A stretch of 64,000 nt of DNA from Nitrospirota bacterium (GCA_027623995.1 JAQBUF010000006.1:2895-66894), one strand, 5' to 3'. Shown: positions 10,639 to 20,347, counted from the stretch's first letter. Translations and numbers: made by a program. Notes: generated from the letters alone by a model not told the origin.

Positions 10639-10779
10639 CATGCCCTTGTATAATGCAAGGAAGGGTTGTCGCCCAACTCACACGAGCAGTCTCCTGTCTG
10701 AAGAGAGCATCGCCCACGCAGGAAAAAAACTGTCCCCTCAAGGTAGTGTAAATCTCGGCATGATAGACCGTTTTCCCTG

Positions 10780-10903
10780 TGGGACTCAGCCCGTGACTCA
10801 GCGCAGGTCATCATTCCTCCTTAGTTAATGGAACAGTCATGATAACCAGTTACACAGTTAACTTGACAGGACCGGGAAGTTACGCATCGACAAGGAATTT
10901 CAC
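10780..10903 (-). pseudogene. DUF5615 (PIN-like toxin) remnant; 3' limit approximate
   Basis: GTG overlapping the DUF433 stop (GTGA) reads MKFLVDA*LP, the DUF5615 N-terminus MKFLVDAQLP with CAA>TAA at 10880-10882. It degenerates thereafter. Confidence 0.65.
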
Positions 10904-11139
10904 CCCACCACCGGCTCAATTCGTTGAACACGCGCAAGCCGCGCCGCAAACGCACAGACGGCTTGAAGATCGGCCTCTTCCAAGTCCGGGTAGTCGGCTA
11001 AGATTTGCTTCTTCGACATGCCGCTGCTCATGAGTTCCAATAACCAATCCACCGGATACCGGAGCCCACGGATGCAGGGTTTGCCGTGACAAATCTGAGG
11101 ATCAATGGTGATGCGGGTTAAGAGCTGTGCACTAGGCAT
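10900..11139 (-). CDS. DUF433 family antitoxin
   Basis: 'RITIDPQICHGKPCIRGLRYPV...LELMSSGMS..QILADYPDLEEADLQA'. Confidence 0.92.
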   Translation of the reverse strand: MPSAQLLTRITIDPQICHGKPCIRGLRYPVDWLLELMSSGMSKKQILADYPDLEEADLQAVCAFAARLARVQRIEPVVG

Positions 11140-11620
11140 GGTTCAAGAATATCCCACTTCCACGACCCTGAAAAGAAGGATGAGACAAATGGCTTCAAGG
11201 GGATACCCCAACTAGGGCGGCCCAGGTGGTGAATCAGGCCTTGGTTGCAATAGAGCTGGAGAAGGCTACGGCCAAGACACTTATTGCGCGGATCGAAAAG
11301 GCAGAGAAATTTTCTACATCCAGGGTGTTGCCCTTGCAGGCGCGAGGTCTCTTCGCCCCCTGATCCAATCACGATGGCTCAGAACATCACGGAGTTACTC
11401 CTGAATTGCATCGAAGGGCTCAGGCAATCTTCGCCAAAGAGTCTGATTTGTAAAGACGACTCAGCCGTATCAAACGCGGATAGACACCCAAGACATACCA
11501 CTTTTTGGCAATCGGGATAGAGAGGGCATGCCTACCACCACACAATACTCATGCTTACCCACAATCCATACGGCTTAAAAAGGGAAGCGGCCCCATTGCC
11601 GTCCCCTTTGCCAAAGTTTC

Positions 11621-11956
11621 CTACCGCCCGGCCCGAGCGGCGACGGCAAAATGATAGAAATACCGATCGAGACCGACCAAGTCGCTCCCGTACAGATGGC
11701 CTCCGAACATCGCGTCACAGAGGAACTCCCGCACACGGGTCAGTTCTTTGAGGCGACCCTTCCAGCGAGGATCGCCGATCGTCAGGTCAAGCAGCTCCAG
11801 CGCGCGGTGGAAGGCTTTTTCGCAGGCCTGAGAGTCTTTCTCTCTCCAACGAGCGATACGTCCCACCTCGCTTCCGACATTGCCTAACTGTTCCGCTAAC
11901 GGCATCGTGTGCCATCTCCCGGCCGCCAGTCCTGCATGTTGAGCGGATATTGCCAT
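11621..11956 (-). CDS. Conserved hypothetical helical protein, partner of DUF5674
   Basis: 'RWHTMPLAEQLGNVGSEVGR...RALELLDLTI.DPRW..RLKELTRVRE'. Translationally coupled (TAATG) to DUF5674. Confidence 0.75.
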   Translation of the reverse strand: MAISAQHAGLAAGRWHTMPLAEQLGNVGSEVGRIARWREKDSQACEKAFHRALELLDLTIGDPRWKGRLKELTRVREFLCDAMFGGHLYGSDLVGLDRYFYHFAVAARAGR

Positions 11957-12303
11957 TAGTCCGCCACCAATTGACAGACGATGCGTATGATCGCCTGGCG
12001 AATATCGGGACGTTCGACCGAACGAGAACGATTTCCGCCGGCAGGTCGCACGTTGATCATCGAATCAAATTCGATCCAGTCCTCAGGGGGGTTGTCCGGA
12101 TAGAGGTTGATCCCCCAGAGATTGGCTTGCTGTGAACCCTGTTCCAAGAGCATGGCTTCTTCGTCGGAATGGAGTTCACCCCCAATCGCCATAATCTCCT
12201 GTTCGACGTCCACGACGGCCTTAACCATATCCCCAAACTGGTGCGTGGCCATTTCTCGTATGAACGCTTTGGCTATGGGAATTCGAATGATACTGATTTC
12301 CAT
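11956..12303 (-). CDS. DUF5674 family protein
   Basis: 'MVKAVVDVEQEIMAIGGELHSDEEAMLLEQGSQQANLWGINLYP...IEFDSMINVRP..GNRSR.VE'. Confidence 0.8.
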   Translation of the reverse strand: MEISIIRIPIAKAFIREMATHQFGDMVKAVVDVEQEIMAIGGELHSDEEAMLLEQGSQQANLWGINLYPDNPPEDWIEFDSMINVRPAGGNRSRSVERPDIRQAIIRIVCQLVAD

Positions 12304-12391
12304 GATGCGCCCTGACTCCATGTAAAGGGTCGAAGCCAATACGATTACGAATTTGGCATGGGACTGTCAACCGGATGAGATTATCCTGTGT

Positions 12392-12651
12392 GGCCTGTTG
12401 AATATTTCCTGTTCATTGGCCATAGATGCTTCAGAACGGCAACCGACATCAGTGAGAGGGAATGTTCAAAAAAGTTCGCCCAGCAAGGCCGCAGCCGTTT
12501 TGACGCGCGGAGCGTACTCCCGTACGTGAGCGCGAGCGGTGCAAAGCGCCAAGTCTGCGAGCCCGAAGGTCAGGCAAAATGCCGACTATGCCTGTGCGAG
12601 CCGCCTCGGCAAAGCCAGGGAACGCCGCTGGCGGCTTTTTTCAACATTCCC
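12392..12651. repeat. Nitrospira-type MITE-like repeat, copy B
   Basis: High similarity to the reverse complement of 1046-1309, with the same TIRs. Confidence 0.85.
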
Positions 12652-13094
12652 CTGTGTGGTCTTCATGAGGGACACGCACGGCGGTTGTTTTCTTGTAAGC
12701 TGGTGTGGGTGGTGCCGGTGCTCAATCAGATGTAAGGCGCACTGGAACTAAAGAACGCGCTGACGAAAACGTTTATTGGGCGGGTCGAGAAAGGGAAGAA
12801 TTTTCCTGATGAATTTTCGCGCCCCCCAGCAGCAACATTTGATTGGGCTGGGAATACTCTGACGATGGACGTGAGACCGTAAGTGGTTTAAAGGGGAAAT
12901 CCGAAAGCTCACACATCTCGATGTTGATCGAGTTGCCAGATAATCTTTGGATGCCTGGCAATGCATTGAGTTTCGACCTATTCTTTCGCAAAAACCAATT
13001 CCACTCTTCGTGCAGTTTAGACCGCCAGAGTACGGTGCGGTGCGGTGCGCTCCATCCAATCGAAAACAGGATCCAACAAAACTACAAATTCCAG

Positions 13095-13193
13095 CACGGC
13101 GAAGCCCTCGGCAACTTCCCCCAAGCCTTTACCCATCTGGCGCTCATCAGCGCCGCGTTTAACCTCGATAGAGCACTAGGGTCTCGCGGCTAA
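13095..13193 (+). repeat. GH15 3' end, copy 2 (attR-like displaced end)
   Basis: Encodes [32 protein letters not shown], versus ...GTRG* in the gene. Confidence 0.9.
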
Positions 13194-13270
13194 CCCTGGG
13201 GGCGGACCTTCCCCTTGTTTAGTCCCGAGCTCTCCTTTGCCTCTAAAGAGAAGGGGTTGGTTCACAGGGT

Positions 13271-14923
13271 TTAAAAACGCGAACTCGTTAACGTCACATC
13301 CGCATCAGTCCAAGCCATCTTAAATTGCTCTTGAACCTTTTGCGCCTCTTGGGTTTTACCTTGGGCTTCCAAACTTTGAACTAACCCAAACAATGACCAG
13401 CCGCTTTGAGGATGATGCACGAGATCTTCTCGATAGACACGTTCAGCCTCAGGTGCTCGACCTGCTTCAAGCAACACCGCACCTAAGACTTGCCGCGAAG
13501 GCAGATACCAATCCTTGGGTTCGGTATAACTCAGTTGACCCTCCAATTGAATGGCATGCTCCAGACGACCAATAGCATCGTCATAATGTTCACGCGAGAC
13601 CGCAAGTTCGCCTGCAAGAATCTCTGCACCAATCTGGAGCAGTTGCGCGACGGAATTGTTCCCAAAAATTCGCTGCTCAAGCAGCACAGGATCGTTGGCA
13701 ATATTTCGCAGCGCCACTAATTCTTTTGCCGCCTGCGACTGATACCCGTTTCGAAGGTAGGCTAAACTCCTCGCATAGCGCCACACCCCCTTGGGATACA
13801 ATAACGTCGGAGGGGCCTCTTGCAAAATGTCATCCCATTGCCCAAAGAGTGCTTTCGTATACAGCGGGATCATCGAGAAATGTTGAAGCGTCGCGCCTAA
13901 CGCGGGATCCTGCAACAACTTCGACTCCACATGCGCCGCGGTATCCATGGCTGATTCCATTGAGACAGTTTTCATTCCCAGCTTCGTCGCCGCAGCCCAA
14001 AGAAAATGGTGATTGTGTGGCACATAGGCCAGAGGATAAATCCCTTCGGTGTGCGAATGGTTCAAATACCCAGTGTCCACCTTCGTCGCTCGTTGATTAG
14101 CCACGACTGCATCACGATAGCGTCCCACACGAATATAGACATGCCCCGGCATATGCACGAGATGACCTGCCCCAGGTACTAGATCACCCAATCGATCCGC
14201 ACTGGGGATCGCACGTTCTGGATTAGGGGAAGCTTCCACCGCATGGATATATAAATGATTCGCTAAGGGATGATTGGAATCTGAGTCCAAGGCGTGTTCC
14301 AACACTGTGAGAATTTCTGGAGTCCAGGCATAAGGCTTACCGTCTTGTGCCCAATAATTCCAGGGATGTAAGTCCATCAGCGCCGCACCAAGAAGGCTAC
14401 CGACCGTGGAATCTTGTGGGAACTGCATGTGAACACCACGCATGCCTTGGGCATAGGCTTTATCTAAGCCACTTCGATCTGCCATGACTTCTGGGGAGTA
14501 TCGAAGCCGTAACGCATTGATGAGGGCTTGTTCTTTGGGAGCTGCTAAACTGGATAATTGAAGGGCGTTTCTGATTGCTTCATAGGCAACAGGCACCATG
14601 GCATGATCCATCGGCGCATTGATATTCGGTCCAAGCACCAACGCTTGGCCCCAATAACACATGGCACAAGCGGGATCGAGCCGCGCGGCCTCAACAAATG
14701 ATCTGTGCGCCTCCGCATGATTGAAGGCATATGCGAGAATCATCCCTTGATCAAAATATTTTTGCGCAATAGGGTTTTGCGTGGTGATGGGATAGTGAAA
14801 ATTTCCAAGGTTCTCGAAGAGTGGAACTTCTGCCTGAGCGTCTTCGTGAGGTTTGACAGACGCACACCCCAGAACCAACGCGCACAATATTCCGATCATC
14901 CCCCATCGCAAGTTCATCACCAC
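13271..14923 (-). CDS. His-rich TPR lipoprotein
   Basis: Lipobox LGC; 'HYPITT..P.AQKYFDQG..LAYAFNHAEA.RSF', 'NHPLANHLYIHAVE', 'HLVHMPGHVY'. Confidence 0.85.
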   Translation of the reverse strand: MVMNLRWGMIGILCALVLGCASVKPHEDAQAEVPLFENLGNFHYPITTQNPIAQKYFDQGMILAYAFNHAEAHRSFVEAARLDPACAMCYWGQALVLGPNINAPMDHAMVPVAYEAIRNALQLSSLAAPKEQALINALRLRYSPEVMADRSGLDKAYAQGMRGVHMQFPQDSTVGSLLGAALMDLHPWNYWAQDGKPYAWTPEILTVLEHALDSDSNHPLANHLYIHAVEASPNPERAIPSADRLGDLVPGAGHLVHMPGHVYIRVGRYRDAVVANQRATKVDTGYLNHSHTEGIYPLAYVPHNHHFLWAAATKLGMKTVSMESAMDTAAHVESKLLQDPALGATLQHFSMIPLYTKALFGQWDDILQEAPPTLLYPKGVWRYARSLAYLRNGYQSQAAKELVALRNIANDPVLLEQRIFGNNSVAQLLQIGAEILAGELAVSREHYDDAIGRLEHAIQLEGQLSYTEPKDWYLPSRQVLGAVLLEAGRAPEAERVYREDLVHHPQSGWSLFGLVQSLEAQGKTQEAQKVQEQFKMAWTDADVTLTSSRF

Positions 14924-15164
14924 CTTGCCCCTCCATTCAATTGGATAATAAAGAACTTCACTTCGGCCGCTTACCTCTCAGCATCACCACAAGGCCAAGA
15001 AAGCCAACGAGCAGGACCAGCAATCCAAAATATTCCATACCTTCCATCATGCACCTCATTCCATCATTAAGATCATTGCCATTGTGCGGGAAGGCAAAAC
15101 GTGACGCAAGAAGGTACGCCTTTCACCGCTTGAATTTCGTTACTCAGAATGACAGGATACTCCT

Positions 15165-15983
15165 ATGACGGACACTCCAAACATTGATGCCGTAAAATCC
15201 AAAATGAAATCGACTTGGGAAGCGGGGGACTATGGGACCTTTGCCAAGTATATGGAGCCAGGGGCTATTGAAGTCCTCACATCTTGGAATATTCAGCCTG
15301 GTGAAAAAATGTTGGACGTGGGGTGCGGGGCTGGGCAAACAGCAATTCCAGCGGCGAGGAATGGGGTCAAGGTCACGGGAGTGGATATTGCCGCGAATTG
15401 GATTGAACAGGCACGGGCGCGAGCTCAATCTGAAGAACTTGAAGCAACATTCGAAGTAGGCGATGCAGAACAATTGAATTTCCCTGATGGATCGTTTGAC
15501 GTCATCATCAGCCTCTTTGGAGCCATGTTTGCTCCTCAACCAGATAAAGTCGCTGAAGAGTTTCTGCGAGTCTGTCGCCCAGGTGGCAGAATCATCATGG
15601 GCAACTGGACACCTCAAGGATTTCCTGGGCAAGTGTTTAAGACCATTGGGAAATACATTCCCCCACCCCCGAACGTTCAACCTCCACCTTTATGGGGTGA
15701 TGAAGAAACCGTTCGCCAACGACTAGGCCAAGGCACCAGCAGTCTTAAATTGACACGACGCCTCTACCCCTCCTGGCACTATCCCTTTCCACCCGAACAA
15801 GTCGTCGATTTTTTCGGCCAATACTTCGGCCCCATCCATCGAGCCTTCAACGCATTGGAAGAATCCCCAAAGGCCTCATTTCGACAAGACATTGAACGAC
15901 TGTTTACCCAATTCAACCGTGCCACCGATGGCACCACTTCCTTGGAAGGCGAGTTTTTAGAAATCGACGCGATTCGCTTGTAA
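15165..15983 (+). CDS. Class I SAM-dependent methyltransferase
   Basis: 'MLDVGCGAGQ', 'TGVDIA', 'GDAEQLNFPDGSFDV', 'RVCRPGGRI'. Confidence 0.9.
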   Translation: MTDTPNIDAVKSKMKSTWEAGDYGTFAKYMEPGAIEVLTSWNIQPGEKMLDVGCGAGQTAIPAARNGVKVTGVDIAANWIEQARARAQSEELEATFEVGDAEQLNFPDGSFDVIISLFGAMFAPQPDKVAEEFLRVCRPGGRIIMGNWTPQGFPGQVFKTIGKYIPPPPNVQPPPLWGDEETVRQRLGQGTSSLKLTRRLYPSWHYPFPPEQVVDFFGQYFGPIHRAFNALEESPKASFRQDIERLFTQFNRATDGTTSLEGEFLEIDAIRL

Positions 15984-15987
15984 CATT

Positions 15988-16671
15988 ATGGGCTCAGGCA
16001 CAACTTCAAAAATCCTCTGGCATTTTACTGGAGGACCCGTTTGGGATAAAAAAACTGGAAACCAAGCAACATCTCCTCGGCCAGAAATTGATGCCCTTTC
16101 GGCTTTAAAAGGAATTTTAGATTCAAGTAAGCTTCGCTACACCTCACACGAAGAATCTATCAAATATAATTTCAAGTCCCCTGGGCTTGTTGAGCTAGTA
16201 ATTCCTCCATTCTGCTGCGTTGCAGAAATCCCAATTCAACACCTTTCCTATCACAGCGAGCGGTATGGGAAGTTCGCGATTGGGTTCGAGAGAGAATACC
16301 TCCTTGGACAAAAGTTTAGACCTGTTTCTTACTTCTTAATAGAAGAAGATTTCATGGCTCCGGCGGTTATAAATGTATCTCAATTTGTCTCCCACCACAG
16401 AGCTAACCCTGGTGCAGAGCAAGCCATACATCATCTTAGTGTTCTGAGCGCCTTCGTAAAATCTTTTACAAAAGAGGAATTTGATACCATTTATTCTGAA
16501 CGGGAATGGAGGCGGCTTAGAGAAGAGGAGGAAATTGACTTTAAATTTGACTCAAATAAAGTAAAATTCGTTCTCTCGCCAAAAAAATATATTCAGGAAC
16601 TCCGATCAACATTTGGCCAAAAATCTCCAGAAGCGAATTTCTTGGAATATGAGCTCCTATTGGAACACTAA
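15988..16671 (+). CDS. AbiGi-like (abortive-infection antitoxin family) protein
   Basis: 'ILWHFTG', 'FCCVAEIP...L.YH..RYGKFAIGF', 'PVSY', 'EREWR'; visibly AT-richer than its neighbours. Confidence 0.7.
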   Translation: MGSGTTSKILWHFTGGPVWDKKTGNQATSPRPEIDALSALKGILDSSKLRYTSHEESIKYNFKSPGLVELVIPPFCCVAEIPIQHLSYHSERYGKFAIGFEREYLLGQKFRPVSYFLIEEDFMAPAVINVSQFVSHHRANPGAEQAIHHLSVLSAFVKSFTKEEFDTIYSEREWRRLREEEEIDFKFDSNKVKFVLSPKKYIQELRSTFGQKSPEANFLEYELLLEH

Positions 16672-17020
16672 TTTCTCATTAAATTTTCCCCCTCCAATCG
16701 CAAGCATGCGATTTCTCGGCTGCCAATTACCTCACTTGCGCCAGGCCCAACCTAGGCATGTTGCCGTAGATGCATGCGTGCCTCTTTGATTCCACCAAAA
16801 AGTTTTTGTATTAGATGCCGATGCTGCCCTCCGCTCCGTCGGTTTGTTTAAATCGCTTCCAGGCTGACAGATGTTCCTTCCTTGGATTTTGTGCGTAATC
16901 TTCCAAGGCCTTAAAGAAACGCCAATATAGGCCCCATTGATTTCAAGCCCTGCTCGTGCGAAAACTCTACAGGAATTGTTTAGTAATTCTGGAATTCATC
17001 ATTCAATAGGAGGACGACAC

Positions 17021-17821
17021 ATGCTTGGAACAGACGTTAGTATGGACTTATTGGTGCAGTATGGCGTGCAGGCCACGAGTGCGCTGCTAATCTTGGCCGC
17101 TGGGTTTTTATTTGCGCATTGGACGGGCAAATACACGCACAAGGCTTTAGCCCGATTCGATATGGAGCCACCAGTACGGCTCTTGTTGGTTCGAGTCACC
17201 AAAGGGATTGTCATTTTGATGACCTTACTTGTGGTCCTGCAACAATTCGGCGTTCAAATTTTCCCCCTTATCGCTGGTTTGGGTGTGGCTGGTGTGGGAA
17301 TTGGGTTGGCGCTACAGGGTGTGTTTTTCAACTTGTTTGCCGGGCTCAGTATTATTTTCACCAAACCCTTTCGTGTGGGCCAATACATCGAGTTGTTGGG
17401 GGTGTATGGAGAAGTTCAAGCCATCGATATCTTTACGACAAAGCTCAAGCATTTAGATCAATCCGATATAATCATTCCCAATCGACTGATTATTGGCGAG
17501 ATCCTCCATAACTATGGGAAAATCCGCCAACTTGATTTGAGTGTGGGGGTCGCCTATGCCACCGACTTGAATAAGGCACTCGCCACAGTCCGACAGGTAG
17601 TGACCGATAACACCCGAACCCTTCAAGAACCTGCTCCAGTCATAGGCATCACTCAGTTGGCAGATTCATCCATCAATATTTGCGTGAAGCCCTGGGTGAA
17701 TATTCCAGACTACGTAGATTCGCAAGCTGAACTGTACGAAGCGATTGTTGAACAATTCCGGATCAATGATATTCAGATTCCATTCCCGCAACGTGAGATT
17801 CGGATGATGAATGCGAGTTAG
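17021..17821 (+). CDS. mscS: Small-conductance mechanosensitive channel
   Basis: AGGAGG RBS; 3 TM helices; 'GIGLALQG...NLFAGL.IIFTKPFRVGQYIE..G..G.V..I'. Confidence 0.9.
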   Translation: MLGTDVSMDLLVQYGVQATSALLILAAGFLFAHWTGKYTHKALARFDMEPPVRLLLVRVTKGIVILMTLLVVLQQFGVQIFPLIAGLGVAGVGIGLALQGVFFNLFAGLSIIFTKPFRVGQYIELLGVYGEVQAIDIFTTKLKHLDQSDIIIPNRLIIGEILHNYGKIRQLDLSVGVAYATDLNKALATVRQVVTDNTRTLQEPAPVIGITQLADSSINICVKPWVNIPDYVDSQAELYEAIVEQFRINDIQIPFPQREIRMMNAS

Positions 17822-17984
17822 AAGATTCACCCATTCAAATTTGTCAAAAAAAGACGCGTAAGAGGATGACTCAGGACATCCTGCCACACAAAATTTTGTA
17901 AAAGAGGGAAATCGAATCGATCTGTAATACTTCTTCCTGTGGTGGGACTAATTCTTGTGACTAATTTTATAAACTGAGCTCCGC

Positions 17985-18848
17985 ATGAATACACCAACCC
18001 AAACACCTCATATCGGCGTAGGCCTTCGACCTACTCACTACCCGTTTCTAGAAGAGAAGCCCAAGGTCCGCGTCCAGTGGTTTGAGGCAATCAGCGAAAA
18101 TTATATGGATTCGGAAGGTCGTCCGCTCGACATGCTGGAACTCATTCGCGCTGATTACCCGGTGGCCCTGCACGGAGTGTCGCTTTCGATTGTTTCGGCA
18201 GAGGGTCTCCGCTCGGACTATCTCGCGAAACTGAGGACCCTGATTGATCGCATCAACCCCTTCATTGTCTCGGACCATTTATGCTGGACCGGCCAACACC
18301 ATGCCAATCTTCATGATTTGCTGCCGTTTCCTTTTACCGATGATGCACTCCGCGTTATCCAAGAAAATGTCGATCGTGCCCAAACAACGTTGGGTCGGCA
18401 AATATTGTTAGAAAACGTCTCGACCTATCTGTCGTTTCCCGGCACGCCCTACACTGAGTGGGAATTCCTCATACAGGTGGCCAAGACCACCGGCTGCAAA
18501 TTGTTGTGTGATGTGAACAACCTCTATGTCAATTCGCAAAATCATCACTTTGATCCCCTCACCTTTGTGGATGCCATTCCCACCGAGCTGATAGGACAAA
18601 TCCATTTAGGCGGATACTCGGATATGGGCACGTACCTTTTCGATACGCATTCCAAACCTGTCTATCCACAAGTGTGGGAACTGTTCTCTCATCTTATTGC
18701 ACGCGTGCCGGATGTTCCTGTGCTCATTGAGTGGGACGACGACATTCCTGAATTTCCTCGACTCGAAGAAGAAGCATTGAAAGCCGCCACAATATGGGAT
18801 AGCCATCATGGACCAGTTGACACTAAAGCACTTTCAACATCTGTTTAG
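17985..18848 (+). CDS. DUF692 multinuclear non-heme iron oxidase (MNIO, BufB/ChrH-like)
   Basis: 'EAISENY', 'LHGVSLS', 'VSDHLCW', 'LLENVS', 'DVNNLYVN', 'QIHLGG', 'DTHS', 'LIEWD'. Confidence 0.93.
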   Translation: MNTPTQTPHIGVGLRPTHYPFLEEKPKVRVQWFEAISENYMDSEGRPLDMLELIRADYPVALHGVSLSIVSAEGLRSDYLAKLRTLIDRINPFIVSDHLCWTGQHHANLHDLLPFPFTDDALRVIQENVDRAQTTLGRQILLENVSTYLSFPGTPYTEWEFLIQVAKTTGCKLLCDVNNLYVNSQNHHFDPLTFVDAIPTELIGQIHLGGYSDMGTYLFDTHSKPVYPQVWELFSHLIARVPDVPVLIEWDDDIPEFPRLEEEALKAATIWDSHHGPVDTKALSTSV

Positions 18849-19605
18849 TCAGGCCACCCAGCCAAGCGTAGAGCCGGAGACATCACCGACGATTGGAGAC
18901 TTGCTCCTGCCTGGGGGAACACTCACCACCCCTGGTGCTCTCAATGTCTATGCCGATGGAGTCGTGGCTCGCCTCACTGAAGCTCTGGGGGAAACCTTTG
19001 AAGCCATCTGGTGGGTGTGTGGAGATGATGATTTTTTTCAATTTGCCAAGTACTATATTCAGACTCATCCATCTTCGACCTACAATCTGTCGAACTACGG
19101 AGAAGAGTTTCCCGACGTTCTCGACCGTATGGCTCCATTTCCCGACCTACCCTTTCTCGGCGACCTGGCTCGATACGAGTGGCTCTTTAAATTCCTCTTT
19201 CACACCAAGCCACATGAGTCCGTATCCCCAGACTCCCTTCAATCCCTCAGCGAAGACGCGACCATTCGATTTCACTTTGGGTCCGCCATGCGACTCTTCA
19301 CCTCGCCATACGCCGTCTATGACCTTTGGAAACTCCGGGGCACCGAACACGATGGCAAACCACCGACAGAATGGGATCACTCTCAATCCTTGGTGTTATA
19401 CAAAAAGGACAAGCAAATTTTCATACGCGAAGTTAGTGACGCAGAATATGGCATCCTGCTTGCTCTCCAACAAAACGCCACGCTCGAAGGTGCGCTCACA
19501 TCTGCCGTCGATGCACATCCCTCCTTTGACCAACAACGGATCGCCGACTTGTTCCAAATGATGTTTCACACGGGAATCATTCATCACATTGAGATTGAAC
19601 CCTGA
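18808..19605 (+). CDS. DUF2063 MNIO partner protein (BufC/HvfC-like)
   Basis: Overlaps the DUF692 stop; 'LNVYA.....RLTEAL...F......G.D.F...A..Y....PS....L..YG..F...L', 'DLARYEW'. Confidence 0.88.
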   Translation: MDQLTLKHFQHLFSQATQPSVEPETSPTIGDLLLPGGTLTTPGALNVYADGVVARLTEALGETFEAIWWVCGDDDFFQFAKYYIQTHPSSTYNLSNYGEEFPDVLDRMAPFPDLPFLGDLARYEWLFKFLFHTKPHESVSPDSLQSLSEDATIRFHFGSAMRLFTSPYAVYDLWKLRGTEHDGKPPTEWDHSQSLVLYKKDKQIFIREVSDAEYGILLALQQNATLEGALTSAVDAHPSFDQQRIADLFQMMFHTGIIHHIEIEP

Positions 19606-19696
19606 ACTAGATGGCTCCCCTCCCCCACGGTTATGCGCCAAACGATATCACCAACTTCATTCACAATCCACTACTTCCCCAAACCCCGGATAATCT

Positions 19697-20341
19697 ATGC
19701 TAGTCAAACCTGAAGAACGTCAGCCATTGGCTGAGCTGCTGTATTTTTTAGAATTGGGCGAACAGCTGGCACACGAAGTGGCCGCCACACAAGCGACCAT
19801 CGCCCCAACCACAAAGATGCATCGATTCCTTGAAGGCCAGGCGAGACAAGAGGCTTTTCATGCCACCGTCTTTCGTACATCCAGGATGTGGATCGCCCCC
19901 CGCCTGGCCAATCCCCAGAAATCTCATGAACCGTTTAAAGAGTTTAGGGCATTAATGAGAACCGCCCTCCATCGCAAGGATTTTTTCGAATCCATTCTCG
20001 CGGAACAAGTCATCCTCGAAAGCCTAGGCGAAGCGATTCTTCAAAAGCTGGAAGTCGGACTCCAAAAACGTCGCGCACCCTTTCGGCGACTGCGAAGCAT
20101 TTTGCTTCATCAGGAAGCCGCGCATCATGGATTTGGTGAGCGAGTGCTAGAACAGGCTATCGCCAATGAAGTTCTCACGAAACAAGAACTCCAAGAAAAA
20201 GCATTGCCATATTTGGCGTTGTCAGAATCCATGGTTATGAACTTGAAATCTCAATTTAAAGAAATTGACGAAGATCCTGGAGAGTACCTGACCATCCAAC
20301 ACACATTCCTTCCCGACTGGTTGGAAGAAACCGCAGCATAA
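19697..20341 (+). CDS. Ferritin-like diiron protein
   Basis: Four-helix diiron pattern: GE(QLAH)...QEAFH...VILE...QEAAHHGFGE. Confidence 0.75.
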   Translation: MLVKPEERQPLAELLYFLELGEQLAHEVAATQATIAPTTKMHRFLEGQARQEAFHATVFRTSRMWIAPRLANPQKSHEPFKEFRALMRTALHRKDFFESILAEQVILESLGEAILQKLEVGLQKRRAPFRRLRSILLHQEAAHHGFGERVLEQAIANEVLTKQELQEKALPYLALSESMVMNLKSQFKEIDEDPGEYLTIQHTFLPDWLEETAA

Positions 20342-20347
20342 AATCTT

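Larger units (their letters stand above)
10463..13094. mobile_element. ~2.6-kb integrase-less genomic islet at the GH15 3' end
   Basis: Bounded by the duplicated gene end. Contains DUF433, a DUF5615 remnant, the DUF5674 pair and two MITE copies. Confidence 0.7.

Noticed and set aside
11150-11620. Possible integrase or transposase relic inside the GH15 islet
   Set aside because: Short interrupted frames with no R-H-R-Y or DDE motif recognisable.
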